Positions 50,188 through 60,767 of a stretch of 64,000 bases of DNA are shown piece by piece; within the stretch, counting starts at the first letter, position 1, and each line of letters begins with the position of its first letter. Source of the DNA: Leucoraja ocellata (taxonomy: Eukaryota); contig JAWMAR010000399.1 of the NCBI GenBank assembly GCA_036785375.1, forward strand, positions 806,001 through 870,000. The letters are read 5' to 3'. The notes beneath the pieces are model-generated. The model searched no databases. It was not told the origin of the DNA and saw nothing but the letters and a program-made list of their open reading frames with translations. The position numbers were made by a program, and so were the translations under genes.

Positions 50188-51064
50188 AGGGCTTGACGCA
50201 CGGGGCCGCTCAATCCATCTGGAGGACATCCGTAACTTCCGGTATATGTTATTAATGCAAGAAACGCGTACTTTCCTACCTTTTAATAAACGCCAAATGG
50301 TTGAATTTTTGAACTGTAAAAAATTGTGGAAGTCGGGGTAAGTGTGGGAGACATGTACCCAACTTTAGAATTCCAAAAGTGAAGCGAAATGAAGGTAAAG
50401 AGAAGCGAGAGCTGAAGGGACAACAGCATCTAAAGTGCTTGGCGAACATTGGCCGTGCAGATATCGGAATTAAAAATATTGGGAATTATCGCGTTTGCTC
50501 ACTGCATTTCACCAATAGTAAGGTATTATTAGTGTTTTTTCTTGATTCCCTTGGTGTCTAAAAAGTCTCAGAAGTGATAAATCTGGCTGTAAATTTTGCT
50601 TCAGATGCGTTTTCTTTTTGTATGTAAAAACCTACTTGAGAACCATGGGCGATTTTACCAATTTACAGCCAGATTCATCACTTCTGAAACTTTTTAGATG
50701 CCAAAGGAATCAAGAAAAACACAAGTAATGCCTTAGTTGATGAAATGCAGTGAGCAAACGGCCAATGTTCGCCAAGCACTCTGACTGTTGCCCACTCCCT
50801 CCCCTCCCCCCTTCAGCTCTTGCTTCTATCTACCGTAATTTCTCCTCACGTTTGGAATTCTGATGTAGGCTAAATGTCTCTCACGCTTATCCCGATTTCC
50901 ATAATTATTTACAGCGCAAAAATTGATAATTCCAGCGGGTTTTAACGGGCCCGCTACTTACAACGGTAAGTGCCTACCTGCTGTTCATCGCGTGTACTCC
51001 ATTTGGAGTAGTGTAGCAACAGTACGGGTCATGGGTCGTGACCCGACTGCCGTGAAACCTCCCT
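50188..51064. mobile_element. Non-autonomous ISL2EU-like DNA transposon with THAP-domain remnants in long inverted arms
   Basis: AT|AGGG..CCCT|AT; LANIGRADIGIKNIGNYRVCSLHF (THAP C-terminal half); ~50280-50600 mirrored at ~50660-50980. Confidence 0.7.
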
Positions 51065-51319
51065 ATTAAAGTGATGCCACATTGTGGGACTGTGAGTGCT
51101 GAAGGAGCGCTGCACAATGGGATGGCCATTCCTGCTCCCCCCACAGATGCTGCTCAACACGCTGAGTTGCTGAGATCCTCACGTGGATTGTGTGAGGACG
51201 TGGAGCGCACTGATGCCGGACTCCAGCTCATTCCCGCAGGAGTGGCCGATGGAGGGACGTTTGTGCACTTTCTCAGGGAAGAGAATGACACAGTCCTTAG
51301 CACAACGACTAAACGGCAG

Positions 51320-51415
51320 GCCCGGGGTGATGGGTCTGTGGTGGGACCCATAGGCCGGGGTGATGGGTCTGTGGTGGGACCCTGGGCCGGGGTGATGGGT
51401 CTGTGGTGGGGCCCA
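51320..51415. repeat. Three ~30-bp tandem units (ccggggtgatgggtctgtggtggga)
   Basis: Direct reading; local expansion inside one array copy. Confidence 0.85.
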
Positions 51416-53219
51416 TAGTGGAGATTACCGGGCGTCTTTCCGATCACTTGCACCTTCCTGCAGTGAATCTTTCAGCACCGGAGGATCAGTTCTAGTCAGC
51501 TGTTGCTCTCCATAACGCAACTGCTTGAGATTCTCGTTTCCCCATCTGTATTAGAAAGTGACTTCTGAGACCTTGATTGAGCAAGAGAGAAACATAACCT
51601 CTGTTCACAGCTAAACGCAGAAGCTGCTGACGGGGTGATTGTATTTGTATGGAGTTGTATGTATCAAGATTTGCCATTCTGACAGTGCAAGGAGGCCCCT
51701 TGTTGGTAGAAGCCAACAATGCCCGAGCTCCCTACATTGCTCTTCAACATATCCCCATGTCAAAGGGAAACAAGAGGGGAAAAGCCTCCATTCGTTGACC
51801 ACAAGCCTCCTGTGGTGGTTGGGGTTACCCCCGTACATTGTCCATTCTTTGCCCAGTTATGTAGGTTGTGCTTCCCGGTCATTACCCTTCCTTGGTCAAT
51901 GTTTACACATCTCTATAATTTCCCTCTGACACCGTATACTCACCACGATAGTAATTCCACATTGCCACCACTCCCCGGGCACCTGGCCGGCAGACCGAGC
52001 GGGGTCCATTCCGGATCAGTAACGGAACATCACTTGCACCTCTTGTGCCATCGTGGATTATATTCAAATCGTGTAATATTGCGCTAATGCCCGTTTTAGG
52101 ATGTATGTATCATTTATGTATCATTTGCTTTTGTGTGCTGTTGAGTCTAGGTGGCTGTGAGGACAGGTTCTGTGTCACTGTCGAATGAGCAGTCGAGAGG
52201 GCAACCAGTTGCCTCTCCGATGCTGCCGGTCCCATTGACTTCCTCAAGGATGTATTTGTGCTCAGGATCATGAACATCTGATATATTCATAAGTTCATAC
52301 GTTTTAGGAACAGAATTAGGCCATTCAGTCATTGTTTACTCCACCATTCAATCATAGCGGATATATCTCTCCCTCTCAACCCCATTCCCCCGCCTTCTCG
52401 CCGTAACCCCGTACTAATCAAGAATCTATTTCTGCCTTTGAAGTATCCAGTCATATACAGTGACTGATGTCCTTGTTTCTCGCCCGACCTGATCAGCGCT
52501 CCCCAGACCTGACTCCAACGTCCACAGGCACCTCTCTGGAATCCAGCGCCAGGGTTACATGCAGCATTGTCATCAGGCTGTGGGTGGAAGTGCTGATGGG
52601 GAAGCGACATATTTGGGAGTGGAAGTACTGAGGGCGCAACATTTCGCGGGAGAAGTGATGCAGGACTCCAGCTCCTTCCCACTGGAGGATTGTTGGCGCA
52701 CTTTCCCAGGATTGGGAATGACCCAGTCTTTAGCACAGCGAATACACGACAGGCCGTGGGTGATGGGTATATGACGGGACACTGGGCCGTGGTGATCTCT
52801 CTCTCGCCACCTCTTGCTTATCTTCAGATTTGATGGCCATTTTCAGCTCTTGGAGATTACCGGGCGTCTTTCGGATCGCTTGTTTCGTCTCCCCGCAGTA
52901 GATCTTTCAGTACCGGAGTGTCAGTTCAGTCAGCTGTTGCTCTCCATAACTCAACCACTTGAGATTCTCCTTTGCGCATCTGTATCAGAAAGCGACTTCT
53001 GAGACCTTGGTTGAGCAGGAGGCAAGCACAAAGCTAAATACAGGAGTCGCTGACGGAGCATTTCCATGTGCACATGGTGTACTCTTCCCAAGATTCATAA
53101 TTCTGACAGTGCAAGGCTGCCCCTTGTTGGTAGAAGCCAACAATGCCCGAGCTCCCGACCGTTGCTCTTCAACTGATCTATATGTCAATGGGAAGCAAGA
53201 GGTGAAATGCCTCCCTTCG

Positions 53220-53900
53220 TTAGAAAGATACAAAAATAGGTGCAGGAGTAGGCCATTCTGTGCGAGCCAGCACCGCCATTCAGTAGGATCATGGCTAATC
53301 ATCCAGAATTAATACCCTGTTTCTGCTTTCTCCCCATATCCCTTGATTCTGTTTGCCCTAAGAGCTATATCTGACACAATTCAGATAATAATCTGCCATC
53401 TTGTTCTTGGCACCAAAGTGGATAACCTCACGTTTATCCACATTATACTGCATCTTCCACGCATCTTCCCACTCACCCAACCTATCCAAGTCACCCTGCA
53501 GCCTCATAGCATCCTCCTCGCAGCTCACACTGCCACCCAGTTTTGTGTTATCTGCAAATTTAGAGATGCTACATTTAATTCCTTCATCCATGTCAATACC
53601 CGACCCCCCAATACCATGTGCTCTAATTTTGCACACTAATTTCTTGTGTGGGATCTTGTCAAAGGCTTTTTGAAAGTCCAGATACACCACATCCACTGGC
53701 TCTCCCTTATACATTCTACTTGTTATATCCTTAAAAAATTCCAGAAGATTAGTCAAGCATGATTTTCCCTTCATAAATCCATGCTGACTTTGACCGATCC
53801 TGTCGCTGCTTTCCAAATGCGCTGCTATAACATCTTTAATAATCGACTCCAGCATCTTCCCCACTACCGATGTAAGGCTCTGGTCTATAATTCCCCAATT
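53220..53900 (-). mobile_element. Internally deleted CR1 fragment inserted in an array copy
   Basis: SLTSVVGKMLESIIKD..QHGFMKGKSCLTNLLEFF..DFQKAFDKIPH..SKFADNTKLGG. Confidence 0.88.
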
Positions 53901-56454
53901 CCCCCTCCTGTGCGTCTTGTGGTGGTTGGAGTTGCCCCCGTACATTGTCCATTCTTTACCCAGTTTTGTAGGTTGTGCTTTCTGGGCATTATCTATAATC
54001 TCACCCAGACCCCGTATACTCTCCACTTCTCACCACTGTCCGGGCACCTGATGGACAGACACAGCATGGACACATTCCAGATCAGTGACGGAACAGAACT
54101 TGCACCTCTTGCACTATCGTGGATTTGTTTTCTAATAATTTAATATGCGCTATTGTCCATTTTAGGAATTATGTATAATTTATGCATCTTTTGTTGTTGA
54201 GGGCTGTTTGAGTCTAGGTGGCTGTGAGGACAGATTCTGGGCCACTGTCGAGTGAGCAGTTGAGAGGGGAACCAGTTCCATCTCCGATGCTGCCGGTCCC
54301 ATTGACTTCCTCGAGGATGTATTTTTGCTCAGGACTATGGACATCTCATATATTCATGCTCATAAGTTATATGAGCAGAATTAGGCCAGTGGTATAGGCT
54401 GTGATTCCTGCTCTGCACCGGCCTTTCCCCACCTGCTCCATTCAACCCCACCAGCAGACATTATCCTTCCTCCATTAATGTTTACACATCCTCACTATAA
54501 ATTCACTCTGTCCATGTATTTTTCCTACAAAGTGATTCCCACCACTATCCGGGCACCTGACCAGCAGAGCAGGGAATTTTTCCGAATCAGTAGCGAAACA
54601 TAACTTGCACCATCATGGATTTGTTTTCTAATCATGTAATATTGCGCTAATGCCTGTCTTTAGGATTTATGTATCATTTATGTCATTTGTTTTTGTGTGT
54701 TGTTAGAGTCTAGGAGGCTGCAAGACAGGTTCTGTGCCACTGTCGAGAGAGCAGTCGAGAGGGGGAATCAGTTCCCACTACCATGTTGCCTGGCCTACTG
54801 AGATCTTGATCCACTGCCTGACCCACTGAGATCCTCAAGGATTTATTTTCGCTCAAGATTCTGAACATCTACAATCACTTGTGTCTCCTATTTCTCACTC
54901 GTCATGAGAAGCCCCCCCCAGACCTTACTGCAATTTCCACAGATGAGGCTATTTCCACAGAATCCTCGGAACCGAATGGGCACCACTGGAATCCAACGCC
55001 AGGGTTATCTGTAGTATTCATGTCAAAGGGAAGCAAGAGGCGAAATGCCTCTCTCCGCTGACTACAAGCCACCGGTGGTGATTGTAGTTGGCCCCCCCCA
55101 CCCCCACCAATACATTATCCATTATTTCAGGCCATCTTCGGTACTTTGCACGAAATGTGATGAAGCCCTTCTAAGATCACAGAGATTTCTGCCTGTCTCT
55201 CGAATCACTTGCAGGTCTCTGGAATCGATCTTTTAACACCTGGGTGTCAATTCTAGTCAGCTGTTGCTCTCTATAACTCAACCACTTGAAATTTTCCTTA
55301 GCCCCTCTGTAATCTGAAAGTGACTTCTGAGACCTTGACGGAACAAGAGACAAACACAGCCTCGGCTCACAGCTAAATTCAGAAGTCGCTGATGCTGCCT
55401 TTCCATGTGAACATGGTGTACTCTTCCCAAGGTTCACCATTCTGACAGTGCAAGGCTGCCCCATGTTGGAAGAAGCCAACAATGCCGGAGCTCTCTACCT
55501 TGCTCTTCAACTGATCTCCATGTCAAAGGGAAACAAGAAGCAAATTGCCTCCAGCAAATTGACAACAAGTCTCCCGTGGTGGTTGGATTTGCCCCCATAC
55601 ATTGTCCATTCTTTGCCTTGTGGTATAGGCTGTGATTCTTGCTCTGCACCGGCCCGCCCCTACCTGCACCATTCACCCCCACCAGGAACCATTATCCTTC
55701 CTCAGTCTATGTTTTCTCATAGATTAACTCCCAGCAAATCTCCCCTATGTGACTAGATCTGTGCAGAGTGCACTGGGTGTGGCCTCGCTGACTAAACACA
55801 GACAATGTGGAAATATTCAGCAGGACTAGCAGCCTCTGTGGAGAGAAAATCAGACCGAACCTTTCAGGACAGTGATCCTTCATCACATGGACTGAAACGT
55901 AATGAATGTTGGTTGTACCCTGAGCTACCGAGCACTTTTAGCAAGTTCTGATTTTAGGTTTCCAGCATCTTTAGTAGTTTGCTTTAGTACTACTAATTGT
56001 GGTTTGCTCAAAGAAGCACTATTAAGTGATAAAGGTCAGTAGGAGAGGGAAGTGAGGTCTGAGGATGAGGGAAGTGAAGTGAGGAATTGAGGACCCTCAA
56101 GGTCGGCCACAGGAGGTGCTTCCGAGGCACAAAGGTGGGCGGGCGAGGAAAGGAATGTTGCATCCAAGGAAGACGACTTCTGGAGGCCCTGCAGCAGCCT
56201 GCAGCTTGCCCGGATTGGGCACCGCTCATAAGAACTAGAGTGAGCCACTTACATGCGAGCTAGTATACTATTTATGTGCACTTGCTAAAATCAAGGATAT
56301 TCTTGGGTATGGGAATACTGTACTGGATTGTATATAAGAACAAATATTTCACTGTGCATTCGCACATATGACGATATTGTGTGGTGAGAATATCAAAATG
56401 CTGTGGGTGCCGTGAATCTTTGAAACATTTTGGGTTTCTCAGTGCATACTGTTA

Positions 56455-56680
56455 TGCCCCTGTCCCACTTAGGAAACCTGAACAGAAACCTCTGGAGACT
56501 TTGCGCCCCACCCAAGGTTTCCGTGCGGTTCCCGGAGGTTGCAGGTAGTTGCCGGAGGTTGCAGGTAGTGGAAGCAGGTAGGGAGACTGACTAAAACCTC
56601 CGGGAACCGCACGGAAACCTTGGGTGGGTCGCAAAGTCTCCAGAGGTTTCCGTTCAGGTTTCCTAAGTGGGACAGGGGCA
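56455..56680. mobile_element. Palindromic PIF/Harbinger MITE
   Basis: TTA|tgcccctgtcccacttaggaaacc..ggtttcctaagtgggacaggggca|TAA; near-perfect hairpin. Confidence 0.9.
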
Positions 56681-56912
56681 TAAAGGCCTTGAATAAACCG
56701 ACATCTTTGGGAAACTTCCGCGGTTCTACTAGATGTTTTATTCTGTGTCTGTTCCTATCCGAGTTGGTCCCCAAGTGACGCCGGATTCAGGGTACAGGTG
56801 TAACACAAGGTATTCCCTCCTACACACCTCATCCGTGTCAAATGGAATACAAGGTTCAGTGTCAGCGTTAAAACCAGTCAATGAAAGTGCAGACAATAAA
56901 TGCAGATTAATT

Positions 56913-56918
56913 TTTATT
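56913..56918 (-). promoter_or_regulatory. Candidate distal poly(A) signal of the mucin gene
   Basis: tttatt on + (AATAAA on -). Confidence 0.5.
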
Positions 56919-57155
56919 GATGATTATTACAGCAACTAATTCAAAGTGTTCTTGTAATTAGAGTGAGTGCAGAAATACTAAGGATGAAATGAAACTTCAT
57001 TTTCCGGTAACCTGAAGGTAGGAGATTATTGCACAATGCTGTTTAAATATTGTCTTAAAAAGTATGCTCCTAGGGCATAGTTCTCAAAAAGCAATGTGTT
57101 GCTGATAACAGTCCTTCAAATGCCACCAAATCACCACAAGAAATGAAGTTTCATA

Positions 57156-57161
57156 TTTATT
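57156..57161 (-). promoter_or_regulatory. Candidate proximal poly(A) signal of the mucin gene
   Basis: AATAAA on - about 150 nt after the stop codon. Confidence 0.45.
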
Positions 57162-57307
57162 GGCTTAGTAGATCCTTTAGAATTGATTAAGAAATCGATA
57201 AAACTGTATTACAATGTTTAAAGAAGGTAGAAACAGTTTCAAGCTCATAATATCTTTCTATTTGAAACGAATCGATTTCTCAGTTTCTGGCACCATTCAG
57301 GAAATCT

Positions 57308-57542
57308 CTAGCCTTCGTTCTTGTTCAGTGTTTTTTGGGCTGTGTCACGAGCTGGGGGTTCCGCCACTTGTTTTATGAGTGGCTCACATTTTGTGGGCAC
57401 ACACCCACACTTGGTGACGTAAGTGTAGGTGAACGTAGTTGTCGTACTGCCTGGACAAAGTAAGGTGATGTTTTTCTTGCTGGTTTCCAACTCCTGACAG
57501 CAGCTACAGTTATGTGAAATCATATTTGCTTCAGAAGAATAC
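57308..57542 (-). CDS. Gel-forming mucin (MUC2/MUC5-like), last coding exon: second half of C-terminal cystine knot plus tail
   Basis: cag|G TAT..TAG; YSSEANMISHNCSCCQELETSKKNITLLCPGSTTTTFTYTYVTKCGCVPTKCEP.. Confidence 0.92.
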
Positions 57543-57985
57543 CTGTCGTAGAACAAGAGAGGAAAGAATACTCAGAATACTGATTCTGGATAGACAAGGG
57601 CACAGTTCTCTAAAAACAATGTGTTAACACGTTCAATACATGTGGAATTACTGGTAACACTCCTTCACATGTCAATCACTCACTCAGGGGTGCAAAGTGC
57701 TGGAGGACAGACAACAACTGGAGAGCATGGATAAGTGTCGTATCGGGTCTGAACCCTTCTTCAGACTGATTGTAGAGGAGGGAATGAATGCTGAATGAGA
57801 GGAAGGGCAGGAGAAGGCCTGGCAGGTAATGGGATGAAACAGGTGAGGGGAGATTTTAATACTTGGATGGGGGACGAAGGTCTGAGATGAAAAGACTAAA
57901 GGTGCACGTTTAGGTAAGTGTAAAGGTTGAAGAGTGGCAATTTGTGAAGCGAGGGGAAGGATGTAGGTGGAAGAGCAGAAATAGG

Positions 57986-58272
57986 CTGGGCCGGCCTTAA
58001 GCCAATTGGACCAATTGCTCCCAATTGGACCCCGCGCCAAGGGGACCCCGCGCTAGAGTAATCTACTCTCGGCTCGGGTAGATCTGTTTGGTCCCTTAAC
58101 TCGCAGGCACTTTTTAAGCTCACATTTTGATTACTTTCCATTCTACCATGGATATATAAAGTCTATAATAGCCTGTATTTATATGTCTATGATTCTATAG
58201 ACCCTGGCTGGGAACCTGGGGCTCACCAAAATTGTTCCCAAATGGGCCCCGCACATCCTAAGGCTGGCCCTG
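57986..58272. mobile_element. hAT-type MITE
   Basis: TIR ctgggccggccttaag / cctaaggctggccctg; 8-bp TSD GAAATAGG / GAAATTGG. Confidence 0.8.
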
Positions 58273-58659
58273 GAAATTGGTGGTTACAGTTGCCCCTCTC
58301 GACTCCTAGCCACCCCATTCTCTTCACCCCACTCTCCCCCCCTACTGTGCCCCACCTGGGTTTGCACCTATCTCTCCCCTTAAACACCTAAACATCTTTA
58401 CAATAATAATGAGCAGCTTTTTACAACTGAGGTGCATCGGAATATTTAAAGGCAGAGGGAGAGGATTCTCTGGGGTTCTCACGCCTGGATGGCTGCAGAG
58501 GCCGGATCAATGGAAGGAATTAATGTGGAGGCAGATCATTTATAGAACCATTAGGGAATTGAGTTTGATGTGGAACTGGCACAGAAGAGGAGTTGAGGCC
58601 AAGGGAAGATGAACCATGATCACATTACATGGTGTGACAGGTTTGAGGCGGTTTTCAAT

Positions 58660-59230
58660 CTTGCACAATGGGAGGTTGAATATCAAGGGAAAATGTATAA
58701 TGAATGGAATACATTAAGCAACATTGATGGACAGAGGGATCTTGGGGCCCAAGTTCATATCTCCTGGAAAGTGGCAACACAAATAGACAACATAGTAAAT
58801 AGTAATTAGTTGGGGCATTGAATATAAGCGTCTGGAAGCCATGCTGCAGGTTTTTAGGACAATGGTAAGGCTGAATTTGTAGTATTGTGTGCAGTTCTGG
58901 CTGCCCTATTACAGGAAGGAGATGGAAGCTTTGGAGAGGGTGCAGAGGAGGTTTATCAGATTAATGCCTGCATTAGGGGTATTAGCAATAACAAAAAAGT
59001 TGGACAGACTTGGATTGTTTTCACTGGAATGCCGGAGGTTCAGAGAAGACCTGATAGAAATGTATAAAATGATGAGGCAGTGAGAACCTTTTTCCCAAGA
59101 TGGGAATATCAAATACTAGAGGGCATAGCTTTGAGGGGTGAGGGATAATGTTTAAAGGAGAGGTGCAAGGCTTGTGGATGGTGAGCCGCCAGGGGTGGTA
59201 GAGGAGGAGGATAAGATCATGGGATTTTTA
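58660..59230 (+). mobile_element. Old CR1 fragment
   Basis: VQFWLPYYRKEMEALERVQRRFIRLMP..LDRLGLFSLECRRFREDLIEMYK. Confidence 0.8.
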
Positions 59231-59316
59231 GCTAGGCTGGGAAATGGGGGGGCGTTATGGATTTTGTTCCTGTGTTGTACCGTTCTATATTCTATGAATT
59301 TAGTGTTGATACGTAC

Positions 59317-59434
59317 ACTGAAGAGGTCATACAGCGCCCTCCACAGGAGGTCATCGGCACTTCTTGTTGCGATCGGCATCCCTTGTGTTTGATGTGGGTC
59401 ACGACCTTTTTAATACTGCATGTCTTTGGAATAC
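59317..59434 (-). CDS. Mucin exon: first half of cystine knot
   Basis: tttgcag|GT..TCAGT|gtacgt, 118 nt; CIPKTCSIKKVVTHIKHKGCRSQQEVPMTSCGGRCMTSSV (CxGxC motif); not in the ORF track. Confidence 0.92.
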
Positions 59435-59874
59435 CTGCAAATGCAATCAGAAATAAGGATCAACAAACTTGAATTAAGATTCACAAATGACTTCAACCTA
59501 TGAAGGAGCATGAGGGTTAAGGGGAGAATTTTAAGATCAGAATATCACCTGATTTTACATTGGTCGGATATATTATTTTGCAGAGATTTTCTTTATTTGT
59601 GGGGAGGCACAGGAGAAAAAATATTTTTCCCTTCCATCCCTTTCAATAGTCACCTACATTGAACTCCAGATATTCAGGAGCAGTGTAACTCCGTAGAAAG
59701 GAAAAGTTATGTCGTTGCACCAGCCAAACAGTGTTGAGTTTTGTCATAAACATCTTAATGAAAATAGTAAAGAGCGGCACATCTGCCACAGCTGGTGCAG
59801 CTGCTGCCTCACAGCACCAGAGACCTGGGCTCCATCCCGGCTGCTGTCTGTGTGGAGTATGCACGTTCTCTCTA

Positions 59875-60245
59875 TGATCAATGTGTGCGCAAGGGTCACC
59901 CTCACCATGAATGCGTGTGCACGGGTCACACCAGAGGAATAAGTGTGCAAGGCTCACACTCACCAGGAGTGGGTGCACTAGGGTCACACTCACCATGGTC
60001 TTGTGTGCAAGGGTCACACGCACCAGAGGAATATGTGTGCAAGGTTCACACTCACCATGAATGTGTGTGTAAGGGTCACGCTCACCATGAATGTGTGTGC
60101 AAGGTTCACTCTTGCTATGAATGTGTGTGCAAGGTTCACACTCGCCATGAATGTGTGCAAGGGTCACACTCACCATGAATGTGGGTGTGCAAGGGTCACA
60201 CTCACCATGAATGTGTGTGTGCAAGGGTCACACTCACCAGGAATG
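59875..60245. repeat. ~29-31-bp minisatellite (gtgcaagggtcacactcaccatgaatgtgt), ~12 copies
   Basis: Direct reading. Confidence 0.9.
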
Positions 60246-60507
60246 CGTGACCCGAGGTAGTGTTATGGACGGAATGCACTCAGAGATACCAATCATGATT
60301 AAAGATTGATTGGATACCTCAGACACACTGACAATTGAATCTCTCTGCCTGTTACTTTATCAATGAAATACAGACACTTCAGTGTCAGCCTATTAATGGC
60401 AACTCGAGGCGGGGAGAATTCAGTGAGCTGAGACTTGATTAAATAATCCGCTCTGTCTAATTCAAGTGCGGGGAGTTATTCTGCAATTGTGCCAGTCTGC
60501 TACTTAC

Positions 60508-60547
60508 AAGTCTGACAACAGCCATCTTTGTCCATGTGTATTGTTCC
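60508..60547 (-). CDS. Mucin 40-nt exon
   Basis: tttgacag|GGA ACA ATA CAC ATG GAC AAA GAT GGC TGT TGT CAG ACT T|gtaagt = GTIHMDKDGCCQT; bridges phase 0 to phase 1. Confidence 0.92.
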
Positions 60548-60638
60548 CTGTCAAAGAGAATAAACATTAATTGAAGATAATTGAAAGTCCAACGCAATAT
60601 TGTAGAACAAATATTAATTCATGACCAGTCGAACTTAC

Positions 60639-60767
60639 AGCCTCACAGTTGTCATGATCCAAACGAGGGCACCATTGATTGTAGATGTTTGGAATAAAGT
60701 GGCTCCCTATTTTCTCACATTCATATGCTGTACAGTTGTTTTTTCCCACCGATATTTTATTTCCAGG
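60639..60767 (-). CDS. Mucin exon (VWC-like)
   Basis: cccacag|CCT..GCT|gtaagt, 129 nt; PGNKISVGKNNCTAYECEKIGSHFIPNIYNQWCPRLDHDNCEA. Confidence 0.9.

Larger units (their letters stand above)
42630..55715. repeat. Decayed tandem array of an unidentified ~1.5-2 kb unit, about six copies plus fragments, interrupted by transposons
   Basis: Core ttctagtcagctgttgctctc(c/t)ataactca at ~43081, 47439, 48298, 51490, 52925, 55251, each with collinear flanking blocks. Confidence 0.9.

Noticed and set aside
50379-50561. Host THAP-domain gene
   Set aside because: Only half of the domain, inside a palindromic element with transposon-type ends.
53358-54026. 222-aa fusion ORF of array sequence and RT
   Set aside because: Chance in-frame junction between an internally deleted CR1 insert and the array unit.
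59643-60260. Cys/His-periodic ORFs suggesting a zinc-finger or mucin repeat exon
   Set aside because: Intronic ~30-bp minisatellite with frame-breaking unit lengths; the flanking mucin exons splice in phase without it.
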